The notes beneath the pieces were generated by a model. It did not search any database. It saw only the letters and a program-made list of their open reading frames with translations, and was not told the origin of the DNA. Below are positions 24,500 through 33,770 of a stretch of DNA of 64,000 nucleotides, piece after piece. This DNA comes from a virus (lineage: Duplodnaviria; Caudoviricetes), in IMG/VR virus record IMGVR_UViG_3300027365_000007. One strand, written 5' to 3'. The position numbers and the translations under genes were made by a program. The stretch's first letter is position 1. The number at the start of each line of letters is the position of its first letter.

Positions 24500-25780
24500 T
24501 TGTTTTTGAAAAACAACGAGGAAATTATGCAAGACTTAAAAACACTTAGTACTATTCTACATTTGCTACAATGGCACAACCAGACTGAAAATGGTTCCGA
24601 TGCCTTGGATGAGCTTGAGCTTGAGCTTTCCAGTAATTACAATGGACAGATTTCTAATTTTTGCGAAGACAATCCTGATCATCCAATTGCTCATCATTAT
24701 GCGGATGTAAACATTGCAGATACTGAACTCATTGATGAGATGGATATGGTCGCCCAACGACTTAATAATAAGTATCTTTCGATGCGTAAAGACAAAGCTG
24801 AACCTGATGATGAATATTTCAATCTATTTGATCAAATGGTTGAAGTCACGAAACGATTTATGTCAGTGGTTGGTTATACACATCCGATTCAACTAACCGA
24901 CAAAAATATTGCTGATCCATCAGTAGTGACTGAATTGGTTCGTAACCTATCTGATATTTCTATTAAATTTATTAACGAAAAGCCACAGAATTCGCTCGTG
25001 TCTAAGCGTCAATATACCATGGATGATGTTCACAGTGTTTTGACTGACGATACAATTTCATATAAAGTATCGAATAAAAATGGTTCATTTATGATGCCGT
25101 TGGATGCAGAATCATCTAACATCCATATTAAAGATACTGGGAATATCAATGATATGATGCGTAGCGCATGTCACGAATTTGGCCATGCTCAATATCAGTC
25201 GAAGATTCTAGCAAACAATACTGATATTGGTAAGATCGGCGGTATGATCTCACTGTCACTACACGAATCATCTTCTATTTTACATGAGATAAATCTTTCG
25301 GAAATGTCACCAGAAGTCACTGAAGATTATGATAATGTTTTTCGCCTGATGTCCGATAAGATTCATTACATCATTCATATTCAAATCCGTATGGAAATTG
25401 AAGAAATGCTGTTTAATAATGAAATTACGGCACGTGACATTCCTGATGTTTGGAACTCAAAGGTTGAAGAATATATTGGTATTGTGCCAAAAAATAATTG
25501 GGATGGCTTTCTCCAAGATATTCACTGGAATAATGGTGCGTTCGGTTATTTTCATAGTTACGCTATTGGATTTTTCAACGCCCTTGTTATGTCTGAGACA
25601 ATGGTTCAGAATGGTGTAGATACGTCGAACCCTGATAATCTTCTTAAAGAGATTGAAAATACTTATGGCGAATATAATGAATTTACAAAAAATATTTTGG
25701 AAAGAATGTATCCTGATTTAGGCTCTGCGATTGAAAAGTATGAAGAGCAGTTGTTTAAACGGTTTACCTATGTTGGATAA
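24500..25780 (+). CDS. M32 family (Taq-like) metallocarboxypeptidase
   Basis: HEFGH (HEXXH), HESSS, and GFLQDIHW..G.FGYF.SY motifs. Confidence 0.85.
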   Translation: MFLKNNEEIMQDLKTLSTILHLLQWHNQTENGSDALDELELELSSNYNGQISNFCEDNPDHPIAHHYADVNIADTELIDEMDMVAQRLNNKYLSMRKDKAEPDDEYFNLFDQMVEVTKRFMSVVGYTHPIQLTDKNIADPSVVTELVRNLSDISIKFINEKPQNSLVSKRQYTMDDVHSVLTDDTISYKVSNKNGSFMMPLDAESSNIHIKDTGNINDMMRSACHEFGHAQYQSKILANNTDIGKIGGMISLSLHESSSILHEINLSEMSPEVTEDYDNVFRLMSDKIHYIIHIQIRMEIEEMLFNNEITARDIPDVWNSKVEEYIGIVPKNNWDGFLQDIHWNNGAFGYFHSYAIGFFNALVMSETMVQNGVDTSNPDNLLKEIENTYGEYNEFTKNILERMYPDLGSAIEKYEEQLFKRFTYVG

Positions 25781-25806
25781 TAACAAAGTCTATTAATGGA
25801 AATTAT

Positions 25807-26229
25807 ATGGTTGAGAATAAAGAAATAACGTGTGAATTTTCTACTGATATCATTAATTTTGGACAAAGGATAAAAGATTTGGAGAAATATGATTTCTCCA
25901 ATCCTATATTTTTCGATGTTCTGTATTCCACTCTGTGGATTGATAGAAGTAATATTTCAGATTCTTGTTTTCTATCCACTGAAGCGAACAAGGTATCGGA
26001 TCTATTAGAAGACGAGTTTGAGGAATGGGCTGTAAGAATATTTGGGAAACAGTGTATTCGATCATTTTTTATAGTATTTTATCCCAATCTTTATATGTCA
26101 ATGGATCGTATTTCATTTCATATATCTTTAACCATACCTAGAAAAAAGTATAACTTTTTAAAAATAAAATACTACAATCTAATTGAATACCTAGATTATG
26201 ATATGGGATTTAGGCATGTCAAATCTTAA
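25807..26229 (+). CDS. hypothetical protein, C-terminal N-F-x-K-I-K family
   Basis: KYNFLKIKY. Confidence 0.65.
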   Translation: MVENKEITCEFSTDIINFGQRIKDLEKYDFSNPIFFDVLYSTLWIDRSNISDSCFLSTEANKVSDLLEDEFEEWAVRIFGKQCIRSFFIVFYPNLYMSMDRISFHISLTIPRKKYNFLKIKYYNLIEYLDYDMGFRHVKS

Positions 26230-26271
26230 AATTTATATATACATTATAGCTTGTAGCAAGCAAGGAATAGT

Positions 26272-26505
26272 ATGAGTAAAATAAGTTTTAAACATAGAAG
26301 AATGATGGTAAGGGAGCTTCAACGTCTAAGGTTCATCTATAACCGCGATGGTTATGAACCAATGGATGTATTTGCAAAACGTGGTATAAACCAGTATAAT
26401 AACTCTTTGAAATCATCATATGGCAAAACATACTCTGATGAACTAAGATCATCTATTTTAACATATTTGATTATAGTAAATAATGAAAGAGTTTTGGGAT
26501 TATAG
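26272..26505 (+). CDS. hypothetical protein
   Basis: AAGGA RBS, 77 aa. Confidence 0.7.
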   Translation: MSKISFKHRRMMVRELQRLRFIYNRDGYEPMDVFAKRGINQYNNSLKSSYGKTYSDELRSSILTYLIIVNNERVLGL

Positions 26506-26543
26506 ATCGGTTTAATCCCTTATAAAATGTGGGAGTAAGTACT

Positions 26544-26699
26544 ATGGCTAGAAGAAACCTACCTGAAAAGTACATGCTTAAGGATCATGATTTCGCACAA
26601 GTATTGAAAGGTAATCGTAAAGCCAAGAATACTAGGAAGAAAATGCGACGTGCCATGAAGAAGCGTGAACGGCATATTTATAGATACGACTTGGACTGA
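26544..26699 (+). CDS. small basic protein (51 aa)
   Basis: GGGAG RBS; K/R-rich. Confidence 0.6.
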   Translation: MARRNLPEKYMLKDHDFAQVLKGNRKAKNTRKKMRRAMKKRERHIYRYDLD

Positions 26700-26702
26700 A
26701 TT

Positions 26703-27065
26703 ATGAATTCTGTAAATACTAAGATACGTGATATTATGACGTTTGTTCATATCGGTGAGTATGATGACCAAAAGGTCATTGGTAAACTCCACGATATGAA
26801 TGTATATATCACTTCTTATTTAAATCACAGTATTGTTTCCCAGAGAGGCATTGAGATATATAGTAATCGCTACACATATGACACTCTACTAAAAGATGTG
26901 CTTCAACAGAGCCATTATCCTAATGTCACATATAGTCGTTTTAGAACGTTAGGTCAGGGAATGTATGGGAAAATTGCTTACTTTTCTGATGATCTTACGA
27001 TAAATGATGTTATTAAATTTCTAGAAGCTTTTCACTTAAGATTGGTTCTTACCAAATATAAATAA
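26703..27065 (+). CDS. hypothetical protein
   Basis: 120 aa. Confidence 0.65.
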   Translation: MNSVNTKIRDIMTFVHIGEYDDQKVIGKLHDMNVYITSYLNHSIVSQRGIEIYSNRYTYDTLLKDVLQQSHYPNVTYSRFRTLGQGMYGKIAYFSDDLTINDVIKFLEAFHLRLVLTKYK

Positions 27066-27089
27066 TATGGTTAAGTGAGGTATCATATT

Positions 27090-27314
27090 ATGAAAATGAA
27101 AGATGTATTAGACGCACCAACAATGAGTCCTGAAGATATAGCATCGTTACATGATGTTCCTATTGATCAAATAGAAAATGAACTTTCTATGGGTATTGAT
27201 GTTGAAAAGGAACATACATCTGACGAATCCGTAGCAAAAGAAATCGCACTGGATCATTTAAAAGAATTACCTGATTACTATACGCGACTTAAGAAAATGG
27301 AACGCGAAGAATAA
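27090..27314 (+). CDS. DUF5661-like protein
   Basis: MGI.VE.EHT.D...AKEIALDHL.E.PDYYT.L motif; TATAAATA at 27057-27064. Confidence 0.75.
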   Translation: MKMKDVLDAPTMSPEDIASLHDVPIDQIENELSMGIDVEKEHTSDESVAKEIALDHLKELPDYYTRLKKMEREE

Positions 27315-27388
27315 TGCCATCATGGGTTGAATAATTTTTCAATATGAATTTGCGACACTGTGAGCAATAGTTTATAATAAGCCTGCTA

Positions 27389-27691
27389 TTGGTAAAGGTC
27401 TTGAACCTGAACCTGCCCATATGTTCGCCATTTATATTCGTTATCATACAGATTTGGGATAGTGTTATGACAATGTATAATTATGATTTTGTAAAGTGTG
27501 ATAGTCTTAGACATTATCTTCAGACGAAAGAGTTTGATCATAAATTCGAAGAAGGCGCTATCGCTATTTTGGAAAAATTGAATAAAGAAGAAATGGACTT
27601 GGAATTGTTCAAAGAGTGTGCTACATTACTCGGTGAGACATTGTATAAAATAGAAACCATGGAACTTGATTTACTAGGTTCCGAATACTAA
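27389..27691 (+). CDS. hypothetical protein (true start probably downstream)
   Basis: Acidic C-terminal part looks coding. Confidence 0.55.
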   Translation: MVKVLNLNLPICSPFIFVIIQIWDSVMTMYNYDFVKCDSLRHYLQTKEFDHKFEEGAIAILEKLNKEEMDLELFKECATLLGETLYKIETMELDLLGSEY

Positions 27692-27708
27692 ATTATGAGG
27701 ATATTGTT

Positions 27709-28551
27709 ATGAAAAATGATACACAAAAGTTTAATGTTGGTGACGAAGTTGAAGTTACTAACAAAAAGCTTAAATCATACGGTGCCAAAGGTGTTGTAAA
27801 AGAATTGGGATATGATCCTTTCCTTCTTTATGCTGATGGAACAGTAGGTGTCCATGACTTTACTACAACCGGCCACGACTGTCTTGTGAGTCTTCAAAGT
27901 GGCTCTACTATTCGAATCAAAGATGAAAATATCAAAGTTATTAAGAAGAATACCACAACTGCTTCTACAGCAGTTGATTTTGATGAATATTATAATTTTA
28001 CGCACCAAAATGGATATACCGAACAGGTATACGTTTTTGATTGCGAGTTTAACAAAACCGTAGATGGTCCTTACGTACTTGCTATGAATCTCAATACAGT
28101 ACCTGTTGCGCATTTTTCTTTATATACCATTCCACACATCAGTATGGAAAAAATAACCAACAAAGATGTGCTTGAAAGACTACAAGACGTTAAAGACCGT
28201 TTTGTAAAACGGTCTACTACATACACTGTTGTTATCGAAGGTCGAAAGATGTCTTCCTTCCTTGAGAGGAGTAATAAGGAAAGTTATGATCCATATTTTC
28301 ATGAAAAAATGTACGGACGTTCATTCTATAATCGTCGTACAATGTGTGTTAAGCATGACTCTCAGAATAAAGATACATTCGAAGAACTGCGCAGTAAATA
28401 CGATACTTCATTTACTGTACGTGGTGATGGCTTGAATGATCTAATTAAAGAACTCATTCTAGATTACGGCGTGGTTCAGGAAAATATTAAAGTATATAAA
28501 CTCCAAGCACCTCAGAGTGTTAGTGTGAAAGTAGATATTGATATTAAGTGA
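27709..28551 (+). CDS. hypothetical protein with KOW/SH3-like N-terminus
   Basis: FNVGDEVEV...G..GVV. Confidence 0.65.
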   Translation: MKNDTQKFNVGDEVEVTNKKLKSYGAKGVVKELGYDPFLLYADGTVGVHDFTTTGHDCLVSLQSGSTIRIKDENIKVIKKNTTTASTAVDFDEYYNFTHQNGYTEQVYVFDCEFNKTVDGPYVLAMNLNTVPVAHFSLYTIPHISMEKITNKDVLERLQDVKDRFVKRSTTYTVVIEGRKMSSFLERSNKESYDPYFHEKMYGRSFYNRRTMCVKHDSQNKDTFEELRSKYDTSFTVRGDGLNDLIKELILDYGVVQENIKVYKLQAPQSVSVKVDIDIK

Positions 28552-28849
28552 GAAATATATGACACCAGTAAGACGTAACATGTATATTCAATTGGGCGGA
28601 TTTTGTCATGGGAAGTGGTATCCTTTGAGGAAATTTCATAGACACTTTAATCAAAGATGGTCCAATCCTAAGAACAAGTGTAAATTGAAAATTGGAAAGC
28701 CTCGTTTCGTAGATATGCTTATTAATCGCGATGAAAGAAGGGTCAAACGGGTTTATCGCGGGATTCTTGTATCTAAAAGAGCAAAAAAGTACGTACTGAA
28801 AAGTATTGGCAAAAGAAAAAATATGGATTATCATAGAGTACGGGTATGA
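28538..28849 (+). CDS. basic hypothetical protein
   Basis: 103 aa, K/R-rich. Confidence 0.6.
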   Translation: MILSEKYMTPVRRNMYIQLGGFCHGKWYPLRKFHRHFNQRWSNPKNKCKLKIGKPRFVDMLINRDERRVKRVYRGILVSKRAKKYVLKSIGKRKNMDYHRVRV

Positions 28850-28902
28850 TACCGTAGAAGCACTAAGTGAAATAAACTAACTAACATTAAGGAAAAATAT
28901 AT

Positions 28903-29547
28903 ATGAATACATATGCAGAAAAAAGTGGTGACTGGCGAATGGAAAGAGGTCGCAAAACGGTTGTGAATGGATTGTTGGCTGTTGCTGGTACATTCCTCAC
29001 AACAGGCATTGGTGTTTGGATCGCATCATTGTTTGGAATTACGATCACTGGTCTTGTGGGAACTATTACGTTTTTGGTCGTTATGATTGGTATGATCTTC
29101 TTGATTCAAATGAATGCCAATAACGTATTCGGTCTGCCTCTATTGCTTCTATTTGGTGCCATTCAAGGTGTATTTGCTGGTGCATATCTAACGATGTTTT
29201 CAATGTCGTCAATCCTTTTGGCAGTAGCTGGTACTGTTGGTATTACATTTGCCTGTATGCGTTATGCAGCAACATTTAAAATGGATACGTCCAACTGGGG
29301 CATGCCACTTTTTATTATACTCTTGGTGCTAGTTGGCATTATGCTTGCCAACCTTTGGATTGGATCTAGTCTACTTGCGACCGCATTGTCAGTTGGTATC
29401 ATCGTAGTGTTTGGCGGCTTTATTCTACATGATACCCAACATGCGCTTAAGAATCCTGAAATGAGCTATATTGAATTCGCAATTGGTATGTATCTAAACA
29501 TGTTCAATATTTTTATTCACCTACTATCATTGATTGGTAACGATTAA
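28903..29547 (+). CDS. Bax inhibitor-1 / YccA family membrane protein
   Basis: Seven hydrophobic segments; ILHDTQ and A..MYLNMFNIF..LL motifs. Confidence 0.85.
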   Translation: MNTYAEKSGDWRMERGRKTVVNGLLAVAGTFLTTGIGVWIASLFGITITGLVGTITFLVVMIGMIFLIQMNANNVFGLPLLLLFGAIQGVFAGAYLTMFSMSSILLAVAGTVGITFACMRYAATFKMDTSNWGMPLFIILLVLVGIMLANLWIGSSLLATALSVGIIVVFGGFILHDTQHALKNPEMSYIEFAIGMYLNMFNIFIHLLSLIGND

Positions 29548-29550
29548 ATT

Positions 29551-29586
29551 ATACAAGGGTGTTGCAATATGACGCAATACCCTTTA
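29551..29586 (+). terminator. hairpin terminator overlapping a promoter for tRNA-Cys
   Basis: AGGGT-GTTGC...GCAAT-ACCCT; TTGCAA...TATAAT. Confidence 0.5.
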
Positions 29587-29604
29587 TAATGTTATCATAA
29601 ACTG

Positions 29605-29676
29605 GCTAGTTTTGCCGAGTGGTTAGGCAGCGGATTGCAAATCCGCCTACGAGGGTTCGATTCCCTCAACTAGCTC
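29605..29676 (+). tRNA. tRNA-Cys(GCA) second copy, CCA interrupted
   Basis: GCGGA-TTGCAAA-TCCGC; ends TCA instead of TCCA. Confidence 0.85.
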
Positions 29677-30339
29677 ATTTATAACACTCGTTATTTGGTT
29701 GAGATATTTAATTGATGTCGATTTCTCAAAGTTTTTCTGGTCTGATGTGTCTATTATGAAAAGATTAAAGTCTTTTGATTCACATAATAACTTTCTCTCA
29801 TAGTCATTCTTTAAGATGTCTTTAAATTTTTTATTTCCGTATATTGCCTTATAATGTACAATTCCATTTATTTCAAATGCCACCTTCAGTGAAGGTATTA
29901 GAATATCTAGTTCTAAACCAATAGTAGATCGATCATTAAATGAGAAATCCATATTTGGGTATATACCCATTAGCTTTTCCTGAAGCCATAATTCAAGTTT
30001 AGAAGAGTTTGTGCCATGTAATTTATTTCTATTATTATACTTTGCGGAACATGATCTAGAACAAAAATGGTTTTTAGATTTTTTAAAATCTTTTTTTATT
30101 TTATATATTGTTTTATCACACTCTTTACACGACGTTTCTATTTTGAATGACAAACTATTATTTCTACATTTTATAGAACAGTAGTTTTTTGTTCTTCCCG
30201 ATTTTATCTTTGATTGTATATCATTACACGGCTGTTTGTAACTTGAATTACATTTCATACAAATCATCGGAACTTTTTCTCTTGACATATATTGTTTTAG
30301 TATGCTATAATTTTTTATAATTTCTGGATAAGTATACAT
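29647..30339 (-). CDS. zinc-ribbon plus PD-(D/E)XK/Vsr-like homing endonuclease
   Basis: Repeated CxxC and YCS/FCS motifs; SKLE.WL...ELDI.IP..KVAFE.NG..HY. Confidence 0.75.
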   Translation of the reverse strand: MYTYPEIIKNYSILKQYMSREKVPMICMKCNSSYKQPCNDIQSKIKSGRTKNYCSIKCRNNSLSFKIETSCKECDKTIYKIKKDFKKSKNHFCSRSCSAKYNNRNKLHGTNSSKLELWLQEKLMGIYPNMDFSFNDRSTIGLELDILIPSLKVAFEINGIVHYKAIYGNKKFKDILKNDYERKLLCESKDFNLFIIDTSDQKNFEKSTSIKYLNQITSVINELVEGIEPS

Positions 30340-30399
30340 AATTCTTTCTAGTTGAAATATTAATGTCTTTAGTATTTATTCGATTCCCTCAACTAGCTC
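29656..30399. mobile_element. endonuclease cassette flanked by a 21-bp direct repeat of the tRNA-Cys 3' end
   Basis: TTCGATTCCCTCAACTAGCTC at 29656-29676 and 30379-30399; the second copy is followed by CA, giving CCA. Confidence 0.8.
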
Positions 30400-30420
30400 C
30401 AAACATCGAGGGGTAATATC

Positions 30421-30597
30421 ATGGAAAAGCAAATGGTCGAAGAACTTCGTAACGGTAACAAAATCTACAAAGTGCAAGACAACCATGGTACACCCAGATA
30501 CCGTGTGAAGCGCGGCAAACATTGGATAGGTAAAACTCTGGATGGTGGGTATATTTCTGCACGAGCAGCACGTCGGTTTGGTGAGGCAAATGGATAA
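30421..30597 (+). CDS. 58-aa protein, module gene A copy 1
   Basis: HGTPRYRV.RGKHWIGKTLDGGYISARAA shared with 34685..34861. Confidence 0.8.
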   Translation: MEKQMVEELRNGNKIYKVQDNHGTPRYRVKRGKHWIGKTLDGGYISARAARRFGEANG

Positions 30598-30730
30598 GAA
30601 AATACGGAGAAAATCATTTAATCGTGTTCGTATGGAACGGGCATTAAAGTCGGGGAAACCAATTCATATTCCTCCGGGTCTAAGTCGGAAAGAACTTAGA
30701 AACTTTATTATCAATTCTGGTAAAAAATAA
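30590..30730 (+). CDS. 46-aa protein, module gene B copy 1
   Basis: RM..AL.SG.P..IP..R...R.FI shared with the N-terminus of 34868..35221. Confidence 0.65.
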   Translation: MDKKIRRKSFNRVRMERALKSGKPIHIPPGLSRKELRNFIINSGKK

Positions 30731-30754
30731 ATTGTTATAAAAGAGGAAGGTAGT

Positions 30755-30961
30755 ATGCGAAACAAAGCCGTTGAACTAATGGTACGTTGTCAATTTAGTA
30801 TCCCTGATACTACTGAAGTTTCAGTTAAGTGTCTTGGGAGTACTAACAGTAATTATGATTTTGAAGTTGAATGGTGGGATGACATGAATGTTCGATATCA
30901 ATCGAATTTTACATTACCCCATATTGAATATGTAGAAGACACTCAATTTGCAACGTCTTAA
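30755..30961 (+). CDS. 68-aa protein, module gene C copy 1
   Basis: M.NKAVE.MVR.QF.IP shared with the C-terminal half of 34868..35221. Confidence 0.8.
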   Translation: MRNKAVELMVRCQFSIPDTTEVSVKCLGSTNSNYDFEVEWWDDMNVRYQSNFTLPHIEYVEDTQFATS

Positions 30962-30983
30962 GGATACTACCGTAGTATCCTTA
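30959..30983. terminator. palindromic hairpin
   Basis: TAAGGATACTA-CCG-TAGTATCCTTA between convergent genes. Confidence 0.55.
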
Positions 30984-31065
30984 AGTAAAAGCAAAAAGCT
31001 GCATTGTCTGTATTACACTTGTTGACAAGGATGTCTCCCCTTGGTCTAATATAGACTATTATTAC

Positions 31066-31863
31066 TTAACCACCTCTCATATTCTTCCCTAATAATCCTT
31101 CCCTAGCCATTCGCTTTCTAATACGCTTCTTCCAACGTTCTTTCGCCTCATATGACAACCTCTTAAATGTTTGGCTTAAACTTGCGTTTTTTGACAGCAT
31201 TTCTTCGAAAGTTAGTTCGTCCCATATATCTGAAAATTCCTTTTTAAGTTGCTTTATGTTATGAATCTGTGCTTCTATCTCTATATGGGTTTCAAATGGA
31301 TCGCCCTGTAGTGTCTTTTTAGTAAAAGTTCCTTGACTTAATGTTTTTGTAATATGTCTATTATGCATTATATCATCGTAATAGTGTGCTAATTCATGAT
31401 GTATCGATGCCTTGACTTTATGGCTCTTAAATTCATTTATAAATTCACCAACCCTATCATCGGATATTATGTCTTTTGCAAGACTTTCGATAGAATCATA
31501 TCGATGTGCATATTGTACTACAATGTCATATGCATCACTATTGATGTTTAGAAATATTCTTGCTGGGTTTGTACCAGTTGCGGGGCTGTAGGCGTTCCCT
31601 CTGGATGAATCAAAAACATGTATCTTCACTGGTTCTAGTTCATTGACGTGTTTGAGTTCATTAGACTGTACCACGCCGTTTTTAATTAACCCACTCAGTG
31701 AGAATGTACCTGTGGAAAATTGTTCTATTAATAAATTTGCTTTACGAATATTCAAAATATGAATATTCTCAATCACCTCTTTAAAGAAAAAATTATATAT
31801 ACGATCCACGTCATCGTCAATTTCTAATAACTTTTCTTGTAGTAATATATCACTTATGCGCAT
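31066..31863 (-). CDS. putative zinc metallopeptidase with MRISDILLQE N-terminus
   Basis: SIHHELAHYYD (HEXXH) and E..A downstream. Confidence 0.6.
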   Translation of the reverse strand: MRISDILLQEKLLEIDDDVDRIYNFFFKEVIENIHILNIRKANLLIEQFSTGTFSLSGLIKNGVVQSNELKHVNELEPVKIHVFDSSRGNAYSPATGTNPARIFLNINSDAYDIVVQYAHRYDSIESLAKDIISDDRVGEFINEFKSHKVKASIHHELAHYYDDIMHNRHITKTLSQGTFTKKTLQGDPFETHIEIEAQIHNIKQLKKEFSDIWDELTFEEMLSKNASLSQTFKRLSYEAKERWKKRIRKRMAREGLLGKNMRGG

Positions 31864-31927
31864 ATGCCATCTCCTTTAAATACTAATATTATTTATCTCA
31901 AATAATATACAGATTGTAATGATAGAC

Positions 31928-33385
31928 TGGGTATGAAACAGTTAACATAATTATACACTGTTTACCCATTATTATAACTTTTATATCACATATAAATATT
32001 ATTACTAAATAATTAAGAATAACTATTACAAAAACAATGATTTTAGTAGAAAGACACCAAATAGACAAAAAGCACCCATCCTTCAAGGAATGCGATTTCT
32101 TGAGTTATATAAGCAAAAACCTATATAATTCAGCTATCTATCATATACGTCAGTTCTATTTCAATAACAACACTTTTCTTAATCCTAAAGTAGTAAATGG
32201 TAAAACTATAAACTACTGGGTATTTGATAAAACCCAATTATATCACGAACTCAAGGACACGAAAGAATTCCGTACCAACGAGCACCCCGAATACAACGGA
32301 TATTCATGTAACACCAAAATCCTAAAACAAACTATGATACAAGTAAGTAGAGTATTCAAGGGATACAAGAAAGCACTAAAGACGTACTCTAATAACCCAT
32401 CAAAGTTTACAGGAAGACCTAAATTGCCAACTTATAAACAAAAGAATGGTAGAAATGAAGTGACAGTGCCAAAAGAAGCTATCTCTTTTGTTAAACACAA
32501 AGGTTATGCTAAAATAGCAAATACGGACATATTTGTTAAATTAGTAAATGTAACCGAAGAGACAACAAAAGAAATAAAGATAGTACCACGAGCCAGCCAT
32601 TATGAAATATTGGTTAGCTATGAAGCACCAGAAGCACAATTAAAACCGCAAAGCGGCAAACTAGCAGGTATAGATATTGGATTGAATAATTTAGTGGCGT
32701 TATCTTCAAATGATATAGCTATGAAGCCATCTCTCATTAACGGACGACCACTAAAATCAATCAACCAATACTATAATAAGAAAGCTGCTAAAATGAAGTC
32801 CTTATTGCCGAAAGATGTTTTTTGGAGTAAGGCACTTAGTCAATTGACTAGGAAGAGAAACAACAAAGTTCAAACTGAAATGCACAACATATCTACATAT
32901 ATTGTCAATGAATTAATCAAACACAATATAGATACATTGATAGTAGGTAATAATAAAGGAATGAAACAAGGAATTGGTATTGGTCGAAAAAATAACCAAA
33001 ATTTTGTGTCAATTCCTTTCCATAAGTTACGTAGGATGTTAGAATACAAATGCAAAAAGGCAGGTATCCATTACATAGAGACAGAGGAAAGTTATACCAG
33101 CAAGTGCAGTTTCCTTGATATGGAAGATATGCGTAAGCAGTCAGTATATAAAGGGAATAGAACACATAGGGGCTTGTTTATTGACTCGAATGGTAATGAG
33201 ATCAATGCTGACTTGAATGGAAGTTTGAACATAATAAGAAAAGTAGCTGGAAATGCATATTTTGTTTATCAAAATACGTCTGATCTAGTAGAGGGCTATG
33301 CCGTTAGTCCATTTAAAGTCACTGTCTAGTAATAGAATATACTTTATAAAGCAATTTGATATAATTTATATATTGAATTTCAAAC
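31928..33385 (+). mobile_element. IS200/IS605-like TnpB-only element (ends approximate)
   Basis: Left hairpin TGGGT..AAACAGT/ACTGTTT-ACCCA at 31928-31968; possible right end TTCAAAC near 33385; no TnpA. Confidence 0.45.
32037..33329 (+). CDS. tnpB: TnpB/InsQ RNA-guided endonuclease
   Basis: SKNLYN HTH, GIDIGLNN RuvC-I, EESYTSKC, NADLNGSLNI. Confidence 0.9.
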   Translation: MILVERHQIDKKHPSFKECDFLSYISKNLYNSAIYHIRQFYFNNNTFLNPKVVNGKTINYWVFDKTQLYHELKDTKEFRTNEHPEYNGYSCNTKILKQTMIQVSRVFKGYKKALKTYSNNPSKFTGRPKLPTYKQKNGRNEVTVPKEAISFVKHKGYAKIANTDIFVKLVNVTEETTKEIKIVPRASHYEILVSYEAPEAQLKPQSGKLAGIDIGLNNLVALSSNDIAMKPSLINGRPLKSINQYYNKKAAKMKSLLPKDVFWSKALSQLTRKRNNKVQTEMHNISTYIVNELIKHNIDTLIVGNNKGMKQGIGIGRKNNQNFVSIPFHKLRRMLEYKCKKAGIHYIETEESYTSKCSFLDMEDMRKQSVYKGNRTHRGLFIDSNGNEINADLNGSLNIIRKVAGNAYFVYQNTSDLVEGYAVSPFKVTV

Positions 33386-33526
33386 GGTTGACATTAGTGA
33401 ATAATCATGGTTTAATAGAATGGTAGTTGAAAAACACCTCACCGTTTATAGGTGAATTTAAAGAGAGACTGCGGCAACAGTCCCTTCTTCTTTTAAATAA
33501 TAGAGTTTTTAATATAGGGAGAAACC

Positions 33527-33769
33527 ATGGAACCAGTTGAAATAAAATTAACAGTAAATGGTATTGAGTACGCCGTGACTATTAACCATATAGGTGAAGT
33601 TATTGAACATCCTGATGGTTCTGGCGATCTACCAATTGAGTATAGCAGTGTACCCGAGTGTCCAGATAAAGACAGTGAGGCTATGCATGAAGCACTCACT
33701 GCGTTTGTAACTAATGCGCTTCGGGCTGCTATTGAGGAAGCTAAGCTAACAGATGAACAGGAGGAATAA
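33527..33769 (+). CDS. small acidic protein
   Basis: GGGAG RBS; TTGACA promoter near 33389. Confidence 0.7.
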   Translation: MEPVEIKLTVNGIEYAVTINHIGEVIEHPDGSGDLPIEYSSVPECPDKDSEAMHEALTAFVTNALRAAIEEAKLTDEQEE

Positions 33770-33770
33770 A

